64,000 nucleotides of DNA from an uncultured Candidatus Saccharibacteria bacterium. Lineage in GTDB: Bacteria; Patescibacteriota; CALEFQ01. Positions 18,420-27,362 of this stretch are shown piece by piece. The stretch covers positions 988,291-1,052,290 of the forward strand of contig OZ246404.1 of assembly GCA_965230955.1 (NCBI GenBank), written 5' to 3'. The notes below the pieces were generated by a model. It did no database searches, was not told where the DNA came from, and saw only the letters and a program-made list of their open reading frames with translations. Made by a program: the position numbers and the translations under genes. Numbering within the stretch: the first letter of the stretch is position 1; each line of letters starts with the position of its first letter.

Positions 18420-19738
18420 AGACGCATCTGCATGTGGGATCGCACCGCCGCCCGATCATCCCACGGAATCCGTTTCCCCGCCGGCCCCATGATCACGGTC
18501 TCACAGCCTTTGCCGGTAATCAAAACAATATCGCCTGCTTGCGCTTCGCTGAGAGCTTTTTTTATCGCCTGTTCCCGGTCGAGGATCCGCCAGGCGTTTT
18601 TGTTTTCTTCTTTGCCCGCCTGAAGCGCGCCGGCAAAAACGTCGTCGATGATTTTCTGGGGCGATTCGTCATACGGATCTTCATTGGTCACAATCACCAG
18701 GTCGGCCAGTCGGCCGGCAGTCATTCCCAGTTTGGGGCGTTTTTGTTTGTCGCGTCCACCGCCTTGCGAGCCGAGAATGGACCAGAGTTTCCCTTTGACA
18801 AAAGGTTTGACCGCTTTTAAAGCATTGTCCAAGCCGTTGGGTGTATGGGCATAGTCAACGATCACCGTGAAAGGTTTCTTGATATCGATAATTTCCATCC
18901 GACCGGCCGGCGGTACAACCCGGGCCAGCGCGGTGGATATTGTTTCCAGATCAATCTTTTGGGTGTAGGCAACCGCAATAGCGGCCAGCGTGTTATAGAC
19001 ATTGAATCGGCCAACCAGCGGAGTGCGAATCTCTATCTTGTTCCTGGTATCGCCAGACAATGTCTGAAGTAAAAAAGTTGTTCCGTCGGGAGTGAGCCTG
19101 ATATCCGTCGCCCATAATTGCTGTTTCCCTTTTCCGGCCGGTTTATCTAGGGTATAGACCAAGTCATTATCCACCCGGAAAGACAAAAAATAATCCGCCG
19201 CCGGGTCATCCCCATTGATCACGGAAAATTTTTCATGGCCAATTTTGGCTGAGCCGGCGACGCTTTTAAATAATTTTCCTTTGGCTTTTTTGTAATTCTC
19301 AAATGAGCCATGCGATTCGATATGTTCCGGCGTCAGATTGGTGAAAACCGCCACGTCATAATTGATGCCTACCTGTCGGTGCTGTTTTATTCCTTCCGAA
19401 GTGGTTTCGATGATCGCGTAATCACACTTCGCCCGCACCAGCCGGCGCAAAAATTTCTGCAGTTTGAATCGACCCTGCATCCCCTGTTTGGTCGTGTTGG
19501 GCCATTCTTTTTCGCCAATTTTAAAATTAATCGTGGTCGACATGCCGACTTTGTGTCCGGCTTGCTCCAAAATTTTGGCCAGCAAGTTGCAAGTGGTCGT
19601 CTTGCCATCAGTGCCGGTGACACCAATCACCGTCAGCTGTTCCGAGGGGAAACCATAAACTAGCGTAGCCAAAGAAGCCAAGCACCAGTGGTAGGCGGAG
19701 AGCAGCCAGGGAGGGATAGATTTTTTGATGGAGGACAT
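18416..19738 (-). CDS. Mur ligase family protein (MurE-like UDP-N-acetylmuramoyl-tripeptide ligase)
   Basis: Mur ligase ATP-binding motif GVTGTDGKTTT; central and C-terminal Mur ligase domains; exact substrate is not determinable. Confidence 0.7.
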   Translation of the reverse strand: MSSIKKSIPPWLLSAYHWCLASLATLVYGFPSEQLTVIGVTGTDGKTTTCNLLAKILEQAGHKVGMSTTINFKIGEKEWPNTTKQGMQGRFKLQKFLRRLVRAKCDYAIIETTSEGIKQHRQVGINYDVAVFTNLTPEHIESHGSFENYKKAKGKLFKSVAGSAKIGHEKFSVINGDDPAADYFLSFRVDNDLVYTLDKPAGKGKQQLWATDIRLTPDGTTFLLQTLSGDTRNKIEIRTPLVGRFNVYNTLAAIAVAYTQKIDLETISTALARVVPPAGRMEIIDIKKPFTVIVDYAHTPNGLDNALKAVKPFVKGKLWSILGSQGGGRDKQKRPKLGMTAGRLADLVIVTNEDPYDESPQKIIDDVFAGALQAGKEENKNAWRILDREQAIKKALSEAQAGDIVLITGKGCETVIMGPAGKRIPWDDRAAVRSHMQMRL

Positions 19739-19746
19739 AGAGAAAT

Positions 19747-19823
19747 AAGTAACAGGTAACAGATAACAGGTAACAAATTGGAAGAAATATATTTATTAAC
19801 TGTTACTTGTTCCTTGTTACTTT
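19747..19823. repeat. (GTAACAR)n inverted-repeat element
   Basis: Arms of 7-bp tandem units GTAACAG/GTAACAA in inverted orientation around an AT-rich spacer; supplies the last codons (KVTRNK) and stop of the FemAB gene. Confidence 0.8.
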
Positions 19824-20807
19824 CATCGCCATCTTCATCGCCTGATACCAAAACAGCCGGTAAACAATATCATAAGCACCAATGTAATCGACTCTTTGGC
19901 CGCCAAAACCTTCCTTATACCTAGTAATTCCCGACCAGGGATGATCAACGACTCCCGCGGGCGCTACGCCGTACAAATCATATTTGCGGCAACCGTTATG
20001 CTTCGCCGCTTGCATCGCCCGCCACTGGAGCAAGTGCGGCGCCATAAGATTGCGCTCTTCATTGCCGGAAACTCCGTGCATATAAGTAGCGGTCTCGCGA
20101 TAAAATGAAACCAGAATGGCCGCCAAAACTTTCTGCCGGTACTCGGCGATAAAAAGTTTGGCATATCCGGCCGGGCCGAGAATCTTCAGCAGCGACTGAT
20201 AATAACCTTTTTCGTGAATGTGAAATTTATCCCGCCGGGCGGTAATTTCTGCCAAGCGATAAAATTCATCCAGATCATCGGCGGCAATCGATTCACGCAC
20301 CGTCACGCCTTTCTTTTCCGCCAATCTTATATTATAGCGCCACTTGGACTTCATCTGGGCCAACACATTGTCCTCGGCCGGCGCCAAATCAACCATAATG
20401 GTATTACGCGGCTGGATTTCTTTCGGCGCTTTAACCGCACCCAATTCTTTGAGCCAACTCTTGTCTGCGCTGTCCGCTATCAACGAATCAAACCGGAAAA
20501 ATAAACAGTTTTCTTTCCGTCCTATCTCTTTGATATTTTCCAGTAATTTTGCGTTTTGCGTTTTGCGTTTTACGTTTTGTATGAACCTCGGCGCATACAA
20601 GTACCATCTATTCCCAGGCATGTCATATTTCAACACCGTCGCCGCCGCCGTCAGCTCTTCTCCCTCAATTATACCCAGCCGCCAGATTTTGAATCCGGCC
20701 GCTTGCTGAAATTCGCCCCATTCCCAAGTTTGAAACAAAGAACCGTCTGGCTGACGGCTGATAAAATTATTTAGCAGTTGCCGATCTTTTATCTCGATTA
20801 CAGGCAT
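19803..20807 (-). CDS. FemAB-family peptidoglycan interpeptide-bridge aminoacyltransferase
   Basis: ~330 aa; N-terminus FQTWEWGEFQQAAGF and overall length typical of FemX/FemAB; adjacent to the Mur ligase gene. Confidence 0.5.
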   Translation of the reverse strand: MPVIEIKDRQLLNNFISRQPDGSLFQTWEWGEFQQAAGFKIWRLGIIEGEELTAAATVLKYDMPGNRWYLYAPRFIQNVKRKTQNAKLLENIKEIGRKENCLFFRFDSLIADSADKSWLKELGAVKAPKEIQPRNTIMVDLAPAEDNVLAQMKSKWRYNIRLAEKKGVTVRESIAADDLDEFYRLAEITARRDKFHIHEKGYYQSLLKILGPAGYAKLFIAEYRQKVLAAILVSFYRETATYMHGVSGNEERNLMAPHLLQWRAMQAAKHNGCRKYDLYGVAPAGVVDHPWSGITRYKEGFGGQRVDYIGAYDIVYRLFWYQAMKMAMKVTRNK

Positions 20808-20808
20808 A

Positions 20809-21369
20809 TTAATTCTTTAAAGCCGCTTTGATCTGTTCGGCGGTGGTCAAGGATGCTTTGACGGAGCTTAGCTTCTCCCGCGCCTCGCTATCAGAATAAC
20901 CGAGATTGCGGAGCGCCGCCACGGCTTCTTCGGAGGTTTTGATGCGGGCGATATTTCCTTTTCCGGAGACCGGACCGACCTTGCTTTGCAGTTCCAGAAT
21001 CAAGCGATCGGCGGTTTTGGAGCCGATGCCGGAAATTTTGGTGAAGAAATGTTTTTCGCCGCGGGCAATGGCCGCTCGGACATCTTCCGGTCCGCCGGCA
21101 TCGAGAATCCCCAATCCGGCCTTGGGACCGATTCCGCTGACCGAGATCAGCATCTCAAACATCTCCAGCTCGGCCATAGTTTTGAAACCGTAAAGCTCCT
21201 GGGCATCTTCCCGCAGATGAGTATGTATAAACAATTCCACCGGATCACCCTCATTTAAACCCAGCTGAAAATTTTTGGCGACAAATACTTTGTAGCCGAT
21301 ATTGCCGGTATTAACCACCAAAAATTTATCATTGGCGGCTTTAATTGTGCCCTTTAGGTATGCGATCAT
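20809..21369 (-). CDS. ruvA: Holliday junction DNA helicase RuvA
   Basis: MIAYLKG N-terminus with OB domain; HhH motifs GIGPKAGLGIL and GIGSKTADRLI; C-terminal domain III. Confidence 0.85.
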   Translation of the reverse strand: MIAYLKGTIKAANDKFLVVNTGNIGYKVFVAKNFQLGLNEGDPVELFIHTHLREDAQELYGFKTMAELEMFEMLISVSGIGPKAGLGILDAGGPEDVRAAIARGEKHFFTKISGIGSKTADRLILELQSKVGPVSGKGNIARIKTSEEAVAALRNLGYSDSEAREKLSSVKASLTTAEQIKAALKN

Positions 21370-21404
21370 ATATTTTCATTATAATGAAAAAAGCCGCCTT
21401 TGGC

Positions 21405-21434
21405 AATAAAAAAGGCACCTGCAAATAGGTGCCT
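21405..21434 (-). terminator. intrinsic terminator
   Basis: GGCACCTGCAAATAGGTGCC hairpin with a U-run on the minus strand, downstream of the 21450..21848 gene. Confidence 0.5.
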
Positions 21435-21449
21435 CGCGCGGCGAATAAA

Positions 21450-21848
21450 TCAATCGCCGGAGTCGACCGAGACGAAGATGAAATCTTGGGGATCATGAAC
21501 ATTTTGCCCCAGGATTCTGTGGTTACCCTCAAGGTACTGCAAACGAAATCTCTTTTTTGCCTGATCGAGCACGTGGAATGGATAAAAGTTTATGCCCGCC
21601 GGCAAAAGCACCAGCTCAAAATCGAGTTGCGGATTGACCTCGGCGGCGGTACAATGCCCGAAACCATAGGGACGAATCCACTCGGAAATCAGGCGAATCA
21701 TTACACGCAGACTGGCCTGCCTGGTCAATCTCTGATAATTTTCCACAGCTTCTAACTGCGATACAAAAAGGAACGGCGGGGTACTTTCGATCATAAACAT
21801 GCCCCCCTTTTTCACGGCAAACCAGCGATATCTTTTTTTTGCCATACC
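21450..21848 (-). CDS. hypothetical protein (~132 aa)
   Basis: AAGGAGG RBS 6 nt before ATG GGT ATG at 21848; the longer tracked ORF up to 21962 has no RBS and overlaps the uvrB promoter. Confidence 0.35.
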   Translation of the reverse strand, partial: GMAKKRYRWFAVKKGGMFMIESTPPFLFVSQLEAVENYQRLTRQASLRVMIRLISEWIRPYGFGHCTAAEVNPQLDFELVLLPAGINFYPFHVLDQAKKRFRLQYLEGNHRILGQNVHDPQDFIFVSVDSGD

Positions 21849-21981
21849 CATTTCCTCCTTTCGGTATAGCGCCCTGTGTTTGAACCAGATTAGCAGATTG
21901 TGAAAATTTGTCAACCGGATACCGGCGTAAATCAGAGCCGCTCTTGAGTCTGATTGAAGCACACGCTATACTGAGAACACC

Positions 21982-23952
21982 ATGAAATTCAAACTCGTCT
22001 CCAATTTCTCCCCCACCGGCGACCAACCCCAGGCGATCAAGCAGTTGACCGCCGGTTTTGAACAAGGAAAAAAATTCCAAACATTGCTCGGCGTTACCGG
22101 CTCCGGCAAGACTTTTACTATGGCCAATATCATCGCTACTCTGCAGAAGCCGACTTTGATCCTGGCGCACAACAAAACCCTGGCGGCGCAACTGGCCGGC
22201 GAATTCCGAGAGTTTTTCCCAAAAAACTCGGTCAACTATTTCGTCAGCTATTATGATTATTATCAGCCGGAATCCTACGTCCCTCAGCGCGATTTATATA
22301 TCGCCAAAGAAGCGACGATCAATGACGAAATCGATCGTCTGCGCCATCAGGCCACCGCTTCCCTGCTCACCCGCAACGACGTGATCATCGTCGCTTCGGT
22401 CAGCTGTATTTACGGCTTGGGCCGGCGAGAGGAATACGAGAAGGAAAAATTAGTTCTGCAGGCGGGACAAAAGATCGAGCGCCAGAAATTACTGAAAAAC
22501 TTGGTTGAGATTCGCTATACCCGCAACGATATTGATTTTCACCGCGGGACATTTCGCGTCAAAGGAGATGTGATCGATATTTTCCCGAGCTATGAAAATG
22601 AAAATATCGTTAAGCTGGAGATGTTCGGACCGGAAATCGAGAAAATAACGATCGTTGATTTTCTGACCGGGAAAAAGAAAGAGGTCGCGCCGTCAATCAC
22701 CATTTTCCCCAATACCCACTACGTCATGCCGCCGGCACAGCTCCCCGGCGTCATCACGGCCATTCGCCAAGACCTGAAAGAACGCCTGGCGGAATTAAAA
22801 GCAAAAAATAAGCTGGTGGAAGCGCAACGGCTCGAACAGCGCACCCGATATGATTTGGAATTGCTCGAGCACACCGGGTTTGTTTCCGGTATCGAAAATT
22901 ATTCCCGTTATCTGGACGGACGGAGTCCCGGCCAGCCGCCGGAAGTTTTACTGGATTATTTTCCCAATGATTTTTTTCTGATCGTGGACGAATCGCACAT
23001 TACTGTCCCTCAGATAGAAGGCATGTACTGGGGCGATAAATCACGTAAAGAAACGCTGGTTGATTTCGGTTTCCGCTTGCCTTCGGCCAAGGATAACCGG
23101 CCGCTAAAATTCAGTGAATTCGAACAACATTATAATCAAGTGCTTTTCACTTCCGCGACCCCTAAAACCTACGAACTGCAGAAATCAAAAGGCGCCGTCG
23201 TCGAACAACTGGTTCGCCCGACGGGATTACTTGATCCGACCATCGAGATCAAACCGACTAAAAATCAAGTCGATGACCTGATCGGACAGATCAAACAAAG
23301 GGTGGCGGAAAAACAGCGGGTACTCGTGACCACGCTGACAAAAAGGATGGCGGAAGACCTGACAAAATACTTGCAAGATTCAAATATCAAAGTCCAATAC
23401 ATCCACGCCGACGTCGATACCATGGAACGGCTGGAAATTTTGCGCGATCTGCGTACCGGCGCCTATGACGTCCTGGTCGGAATCAATTTGTTACGTGAAG
23501 GGCTGGACTTGCCCGAAGTGTCATTGGTTGCTATCCTGGACGCAGACAAAGAAGGATTCTTGCGCTCCGATACCGCTTTGATCCAGGTCATGGGCCGGGC
23601 CGCCCGACATCTCGACGGACACGTGATTATGTATGCCGACCAGCAGACCGGCTCGATGAAACGCGCGATCAACGAGACTCTGCGCCGGCGGAAAATCCAG
23701 GAAGCTTACAACAAAAAACACGGCATTACTCCGCGCAGTATTCAGAAAGCGATCCGCGACGACCGTCTGGCCGGTCAGAAACGTCCGGAAGAAAAGAAAT
23801 TCGCTGTGGCCGATATCCCGGCCGACGAGATCGACCGCGCGATCAAGATGCTGGAGCAGAAAATGGAACTGTCGGCGAAGAATCTGGAATTTGAGCAGGC
23901 GGCGTATTTTCGCGACCAGGTTGCGGACTTGCGCCAAGAACGAAAGAAATAA
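21982..23952 (+). CDS. uvrB: excinuclease ABC subunit B
   Basis: Walker A GVTGSGKT; UvrB helicase motifs; C-terminal UVR domain ([14 protein letters not shown]). Confidence 0.95.
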   Translation: MKFKLVSNFSPTGDQPQAIKQLTAGFEQGKKFQTLLGVTGSGKTFTMANIIATLQKPTLILAHNKTLAAQLAGEFREFFPKNSVNYFVSYYDYYQPESYVPQRDLYIAKEATINDEIDRLRHQATASLLTRNDVIIVASVSCIYGLGRREEYEKEKLVLQAGQKIERQKLLKNLVEIRYTRNDIDFHRGTFRVKGDVIDIFPSYENENIVKLEMFGPEIEKITIVDFLTGKKKEVAPSITIFPNTHYVMPPAQLPGVITAIRQDLKERLAELKAKNKLVEAQRLEQRTRYDLELLEHTGFVSGIENYSRYLDGRSPGQPPEVLLDYFPNDFFLIVDESHITVPQIEGMYWGDKSRKETLVDFGFRLPSAKDNRPLKFSEFEQHYNQVLFTSATPKTYELQKSKGAVVEQLVRPTGLLDPTIEIKPTKNQVDDLIGQIKQRVAEKQRVLVTTLTKRMAEDLTKYLQDSNIKVQYIHADVDTMERLEILRDLRTGAYDVLVGINLLREGLDLPEVSLVAILDADKEGFLRSDTALIQVMGRAARHLDGHVIMYADQQTGSMKRAINETLRRRKIQEAYNKKHGITPRSIQKAIRDDRLAGQKRPEEKKFAVADIPADEIDRAIKMLEQKMELSAKNLEFEQAAYFRDQVADLRQERKK

Positions 23953-23954
23953 AA

Positions 23955-24009
23955 CCGTCTTTAGTCATTAGTCTTTGGTCTTTGGCTAAAGACTAATGAC
24001 CAAAGACCC
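23955..24009. repeat. (CAAAGAC)n palindromic element
   Basis: Between uvrB and truB. Confidence 0.7.
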
Positions 24010-24018
24010 TTATATAAT

Positions 24019-24954
24019 ATGCTCGGCTTCATCAATCTCAACAAGCCCGCCGGCATCACCTCGCACGGCGCGGCAGAAAAAGTGAAAAAAATCACCGGCA
24101 TGCACCGCGTCGGCCACGCCGGCACGCTCGATCCTTTCGCGACCGGAGTGTTGGTCGTGGCCCTCGGCAAAGCCACCAAACTGGTGGAGTATTTACGCAA
24201 AGATGATAAAGAATACGAAGCCGTGATCTGCCTGGGCGCCACCAGCGATACTTACGACGGCACCGGCCAGATGACGGAAACTCCCCCGCCGGTCCCGGTC
24301 CCCAGCGGCGCCCAGATCAATTCTCTGCTCCAGCAATTTACCGGCGAGATCACGCAACAGCCGCCGAAATTTTCAGCGATAAAAATTCACGGCACGCCGG
24401 CGTATAAACTGGCTCGGGCGGGTGAAGAAGTGGAGTTGGCGCCCCGACAGATCACCATCCATTCGATCAAACTGACCGAATACCGCTCGCCGTTGGTGAC
24501 AATAAAAGTTCATTGCTCCGCCGGAACCTATATTCGTTCCCTGGCTTATGATATCGGACAGCGCTTGAAAACCGGTGCCTATCTCGCCGCCCTGCATCGC
24601 ACCCAAGCCGGCATATTTTCGATCAAAGATTCGGTGGATCTGGCGGCGCTAACCACCGACAACTGGAAAAACTATCTTCTCCCCCCTATGACCGGTATCG
24701 CTCATTTCGCCAGTTACGAAACAACCGACGAAGAGGCCGACCGCCTGAAACGCGGACTGAAAGTCAAACCGCCAATACCGCTCGGCCCAGGCAACATCGC
24801 CCTGATGTCGCCGACCAAGGAACTGCTCGGCATCGGCGAATATGATTCCGCGGAAGGACTGCTCCGCCCCACCAAAGTAATCGCCGAATCAGAGGTCAAA
24901 AAATCCGAAATCCAAAATCAGAAATCCGAAACAAATCCAAAATCAGAAATCTAA
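24019..24954 (+). CDS. truB: tRNA pseudouridine(55) synthase TruB
   Basis: HAGTLDPFATGVLVVALGKATKL catalytic-Asp motif; PUA-like C-terminus plus a repeat-derived KSE-rich tail. Confidence 0.85.
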   Translation: MLGFINLNKPAGITSHGAAEKVKKITGMHRVGHAGTLDPFATGVLVVALGKATKLVEYLRKDDKEYEAVICLGATSDTYDGTGQMTETPPPVPVPSGAQINSLLQQFTGEITQQPPKFSAIKIHGTPAYKLARAGEEVELAPRQITIHSIKLTEYRSPLVTIKVHCSAGTYIRSLAYDIGQRLKTGAYLAALHRTQAGIFSIKDSVDLAALTTDNWKNYLLPPMTGIAHFASYETTDEEADRLKRGLKVKPPIPLGPGNIALMSPTKELLGIGEYDSAEGLLRPTKVIAESEVKKSEIQNQKSETNPKSEI

Positions 24955-25112
24955 ATATCAAAAAAACGTGTCTCAATATTTGGAATTTTGACTTGTTTCG
25001 TGATTCGAATTTATGGTTGTTCTGTTGACTTCTCTCCTCTTTATGCTAAACTCTTAATATTCTTAATATCTTAGTATTCTTAATATCTTAATCCTCTTAA
25101 TATCTTACCCAG

Positions 25113-25382
25113 ATGCCTATCAAGAAGTCCCCTCGTAAATTTGTCCGCAAGACCGAACGCCGCACGGCCTATAATTTACGCGTCAAAAAACAGATCAAAA
25201 AACTGGTCAAAGACGCGCGCCAACTGATTGCCGACGGTAAAGCCAAGGAAGCCGAAACCGCTATCGCTAAGGCGTCCCAGGGCTTGGACAAGGCGACCCA
25301 GAAAAACGTGATTCACCGCAACAAAGCCGCTCGACTCAAGCACCGTTTACACGAAGCCAAGAAGAAAATAGTAAAAAAATAG
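25113..25382 (+). CDS. rpsT: 30S ribosomal protein S20
   Basis: 89-aa basic helical protein; RKxERRxxxNxxxK pattern typical of bS20. Confidence 0.85.
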   Translation: MPIKKSPRKFVRKTERRTAYNLRVKKQIKKLVKDARQLIADGKAKEAETAIAKASQGLDKATQKNVIHRNKAARLKHRLHEAKKKIVKK

Positions 25383-25392
25383 TTCAACGATA

Positions 25393-25420
25393 AAAAAACG
25401 CGCTCAATGGCGCGTTTTTT
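25393..25420 (+). terminator. intrinsic terminator of rpsT
   Basis: AAAAAACGCGCTCAATGGCGCGTTTTTT. Confidence 0.7.
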
Positions 25421-25757
25421 AGTGCGGTAATTTTATCTATCCCGATACTATTTTAATATTTTTTCAAAAATAAAACCCCTTTTCTCCGGCAAAAAGGGGT
25501 TTAACACACCAGGTAGCTCCAGGAGAGTCGGCTGGTCAGTGCTACCCAATACGACAAGTTGTTACCTACGCTGCACTCCTCACAGCATCAGTAGACAGAA
25601 CAACTTGGAAAAACCTGCTTCAAATACCTTAGGGATGGCCCTTTCTGAATCGCTGTCTTCGATTCAGGCGGCATTCGCAGAACGCTCTATCGACACCAGG
25701 GTGGCTCCATGTAGAAGACCTACCCTAGATTCCTTAACGCGTCATTATACACTACCA

Positions 25758-25824
25758 GTCAAATTTGTCAAGTCAAACAAAATAAGTCAAAAGTGAATTA
25801 TGGAAACTTTTGACTTTTGACTTA
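25758..25824. repeat. (GTCAAAA)n inverted-repeat hairpin downstream of holA
   Basis: AGTCAAAAGTGAATTATGGAAACTTTTGACTTTTGACT. Confidence 0.7.
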
Positions 25825-25825
25825 G

Positions 25826-26776
25826 TTATCTACTCACCCCCACCACCAGCAAATCCAGAGCCGTGCGCGGATCGATTTTGCCCGTTTTCATCGCCAAATC
25901 AGCGTTGACTAATTTGTCATAGACTTGGGTGACTTTTTTCATGGTGAAATGGCGCGCTTGATTCAGTGTCTTGCCAATGACATATGGATGCAGTCCTAGC
26001 TCACGCTTCATCTCTTCCGCCGACATTCCCCGCTCGCGCAAAGGCACCACTTGAGCCAGATTGCGAAACTGGTAAGCAATCATTGTCAGCAAGTATTGCT
26101 CGTTTTTGCCCAACGCCAAATTTTCATGCAACAGCTTCAGCGCTCCCCGACAATCTCCCTGGCCAATAGCATCCACCAGATGAAAAATATTTTCGTCAAA
26201 ATTGGATTTGACCAGCAATTCAACATCGCCGACACTGATCTCGCGACCCCGGCAGTAAGCCAACAATTTATCCAGTTCACAGCTGACCCGCCACAAATCC
26301 GTGCCGGTAAAAGCGGCCAGCTTCTCCGCCGCACCGGGATCTATTTTTCCGCCGCGACGCTTGATTTCCGATTTGATCCAACCGGCCAGCTCGTAGGGAG
26401 ACAAAGCGGCAAATTCTTTAGTCTGCGCTAACTTTTTCAGACTTTTAAATGATTTCAGTCTCTTGTCGACCGGCTGGTATTCAAAGAAAACTATATCGGT
26501 CGAAGATGGAACTTTCTTTTGCGTGATGGCGGTCAAAACCGATTCTTGGGTTTTCGCGTCGCTTTCGGCCAGTAAATTCTTGACGACAATCAAACGGGTC
26601 GGCGCCAGGAAAGGCATCGCTCCGATAACCTTATTGAAGTCCGCCAGTTTTTTTTCACTCATATCTAAATTCACCAGATTTAAACCGGCTTTATCCGCCG
26701 ATTTGAATTTGGTAACAATCTCATTAAGTTTTTGGCGCGAACTAAAGGTGTCCGCGCCAAATAGAAATTGAATCAT
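25826..26776 (-). CDS. holA: DNA polymerase III delta subunit
   Basis: ~316 aa; N-terminal MIQFLFGADTF...RLIVVKN clamp-loader delta-like pattern. Confidence 0.6.
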   Translation of the reverse strand: MIQFLFGADTFSSRQKLNEIVTKFKSADKAGLNLVNLDMSEKKLADFNKVIGAMPFLAPTRLIVVKNLLAESDAKTQESVLTAITQKKVPSSTDIVFFEYQPVDKRLKSFKSLKKLAQTKEFAALSPYELAGWIKSEIKRRGGKIDPGAAEKLAAFTGTDLWRVSCELDKLLAYCRGREISVGDVELLVKSNFDENIFHLVDAIGQGDCRGALKLLHENLALGKNEQYLLTMIAYQFRNLAQVVPLRERGMSAEEMKRELGLHPYVIGKTLNQARHFTMKKVTQVYDKLVNADLAMKTGKIDPRTALDLLVVGVSR

Positions 26777-27153
26777 GTAGTTTCCTCTGCCCGACCATAA
26801 TCGTCGGCCAGTCTTTGGATATCAGCTTCGTCGTAAACTCCGAAATGGAGTTCCAGGATTTGCACCGGGGTCTCGATCGCTTCGAGGCGATGAGTGTCTT
26901 CAACTCCGATCCAAATCATTTCACCGGGAATCAAACGCCGCGCGTGGCCATCGAGAGTCACCATAGGATTCCCGGTCAGTACCACCCAGAGCTCCGCGCG
27001 ATGTAAATGCCGCTGTAAACTGAGTTTTTGACCGGCCTTGATCTGGAGTGTCTTGAGACAAACCGGATCAGCGTATCTGACCCAGCTTCCCCAGGGTCGC
27101 TTCTCTGATGACTTGATTCCGAACTGACCCAACAAAGCTTTTAAGGCTGACAT
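26773..27153 (-). CDS. cupin-domain protein (mannose-6-phosphate isomerase-like cupin)
   Basis: Cupin motifs G(x)5HxH-like (LQRHLHRAELWVVLTG) and PGEMIWIGVEDTHRLE. Confidence 0.55.
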   Translation of the reverse strand: MSALKALLGQFGIKSSEKRPWGSWVRYADPVCLKTLQIKAGQKLSLQRHLHRAELWVVLTGNPMVTLDGHARRLIPGEMIWIGVEDTHRLEAIETPVQILELHFGVYDEADIQRLADDYGRAEETT

Positions 27154-27225
27154 AACATCCCTCCTTGTTCTTGATTCCTCCCGGAATCGCTTCGAAAGTT
27201 CTTCTCTCGGTTGTTTTCTTTACTG

Positions 27226-27362
27226 TTCTCTTAATATCTTAAGTCTTACATCTTATACCTTAATATCTTTACATCGCCAGCAAAAACATCTCAAGTCTTA
27301 TATCTTACTTCTTATATCTTACATCTTATAATCTTAATACTCTTAATATCTTAATCTCTTAT
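27226..27362. repeat. (TCTTAATA)n-type tandem array
   Basis: Largest of four such arrays (also at 17309-17351, 25051-25107 and 45236-45292); overlaps the polA stop. Confidence 0.75.

Noticed and set aside
18416-19738. Specific assignment of the Mur ligase as MurE vs MurC/MurD/MurF/cyanophycin-like
   Set aside because: Only the shared ATP-binding and Mur ligase core motifs are visible. Substrate specificity cannot be read from the sequence by eye.
21450-21962. 170-aa form of the ORF upstream of ruvA
   Set aside because: The upstream extension lacks an RBS and runs into the uvrB promoter. An AAGGAGG sits 6 nt before the internal ATG at 21848.
25421-25825. Possible tmRNA or RNase P RNA in the rpsT-holA gap
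   Set aside because: No GGGG...CCA tRNA-like ends and no tag-peptide frame ending A-L/V-A-A-stop. No GGAAAGUCCGG, ACAGAAC or other P-RNA conserved boxes on either strand.
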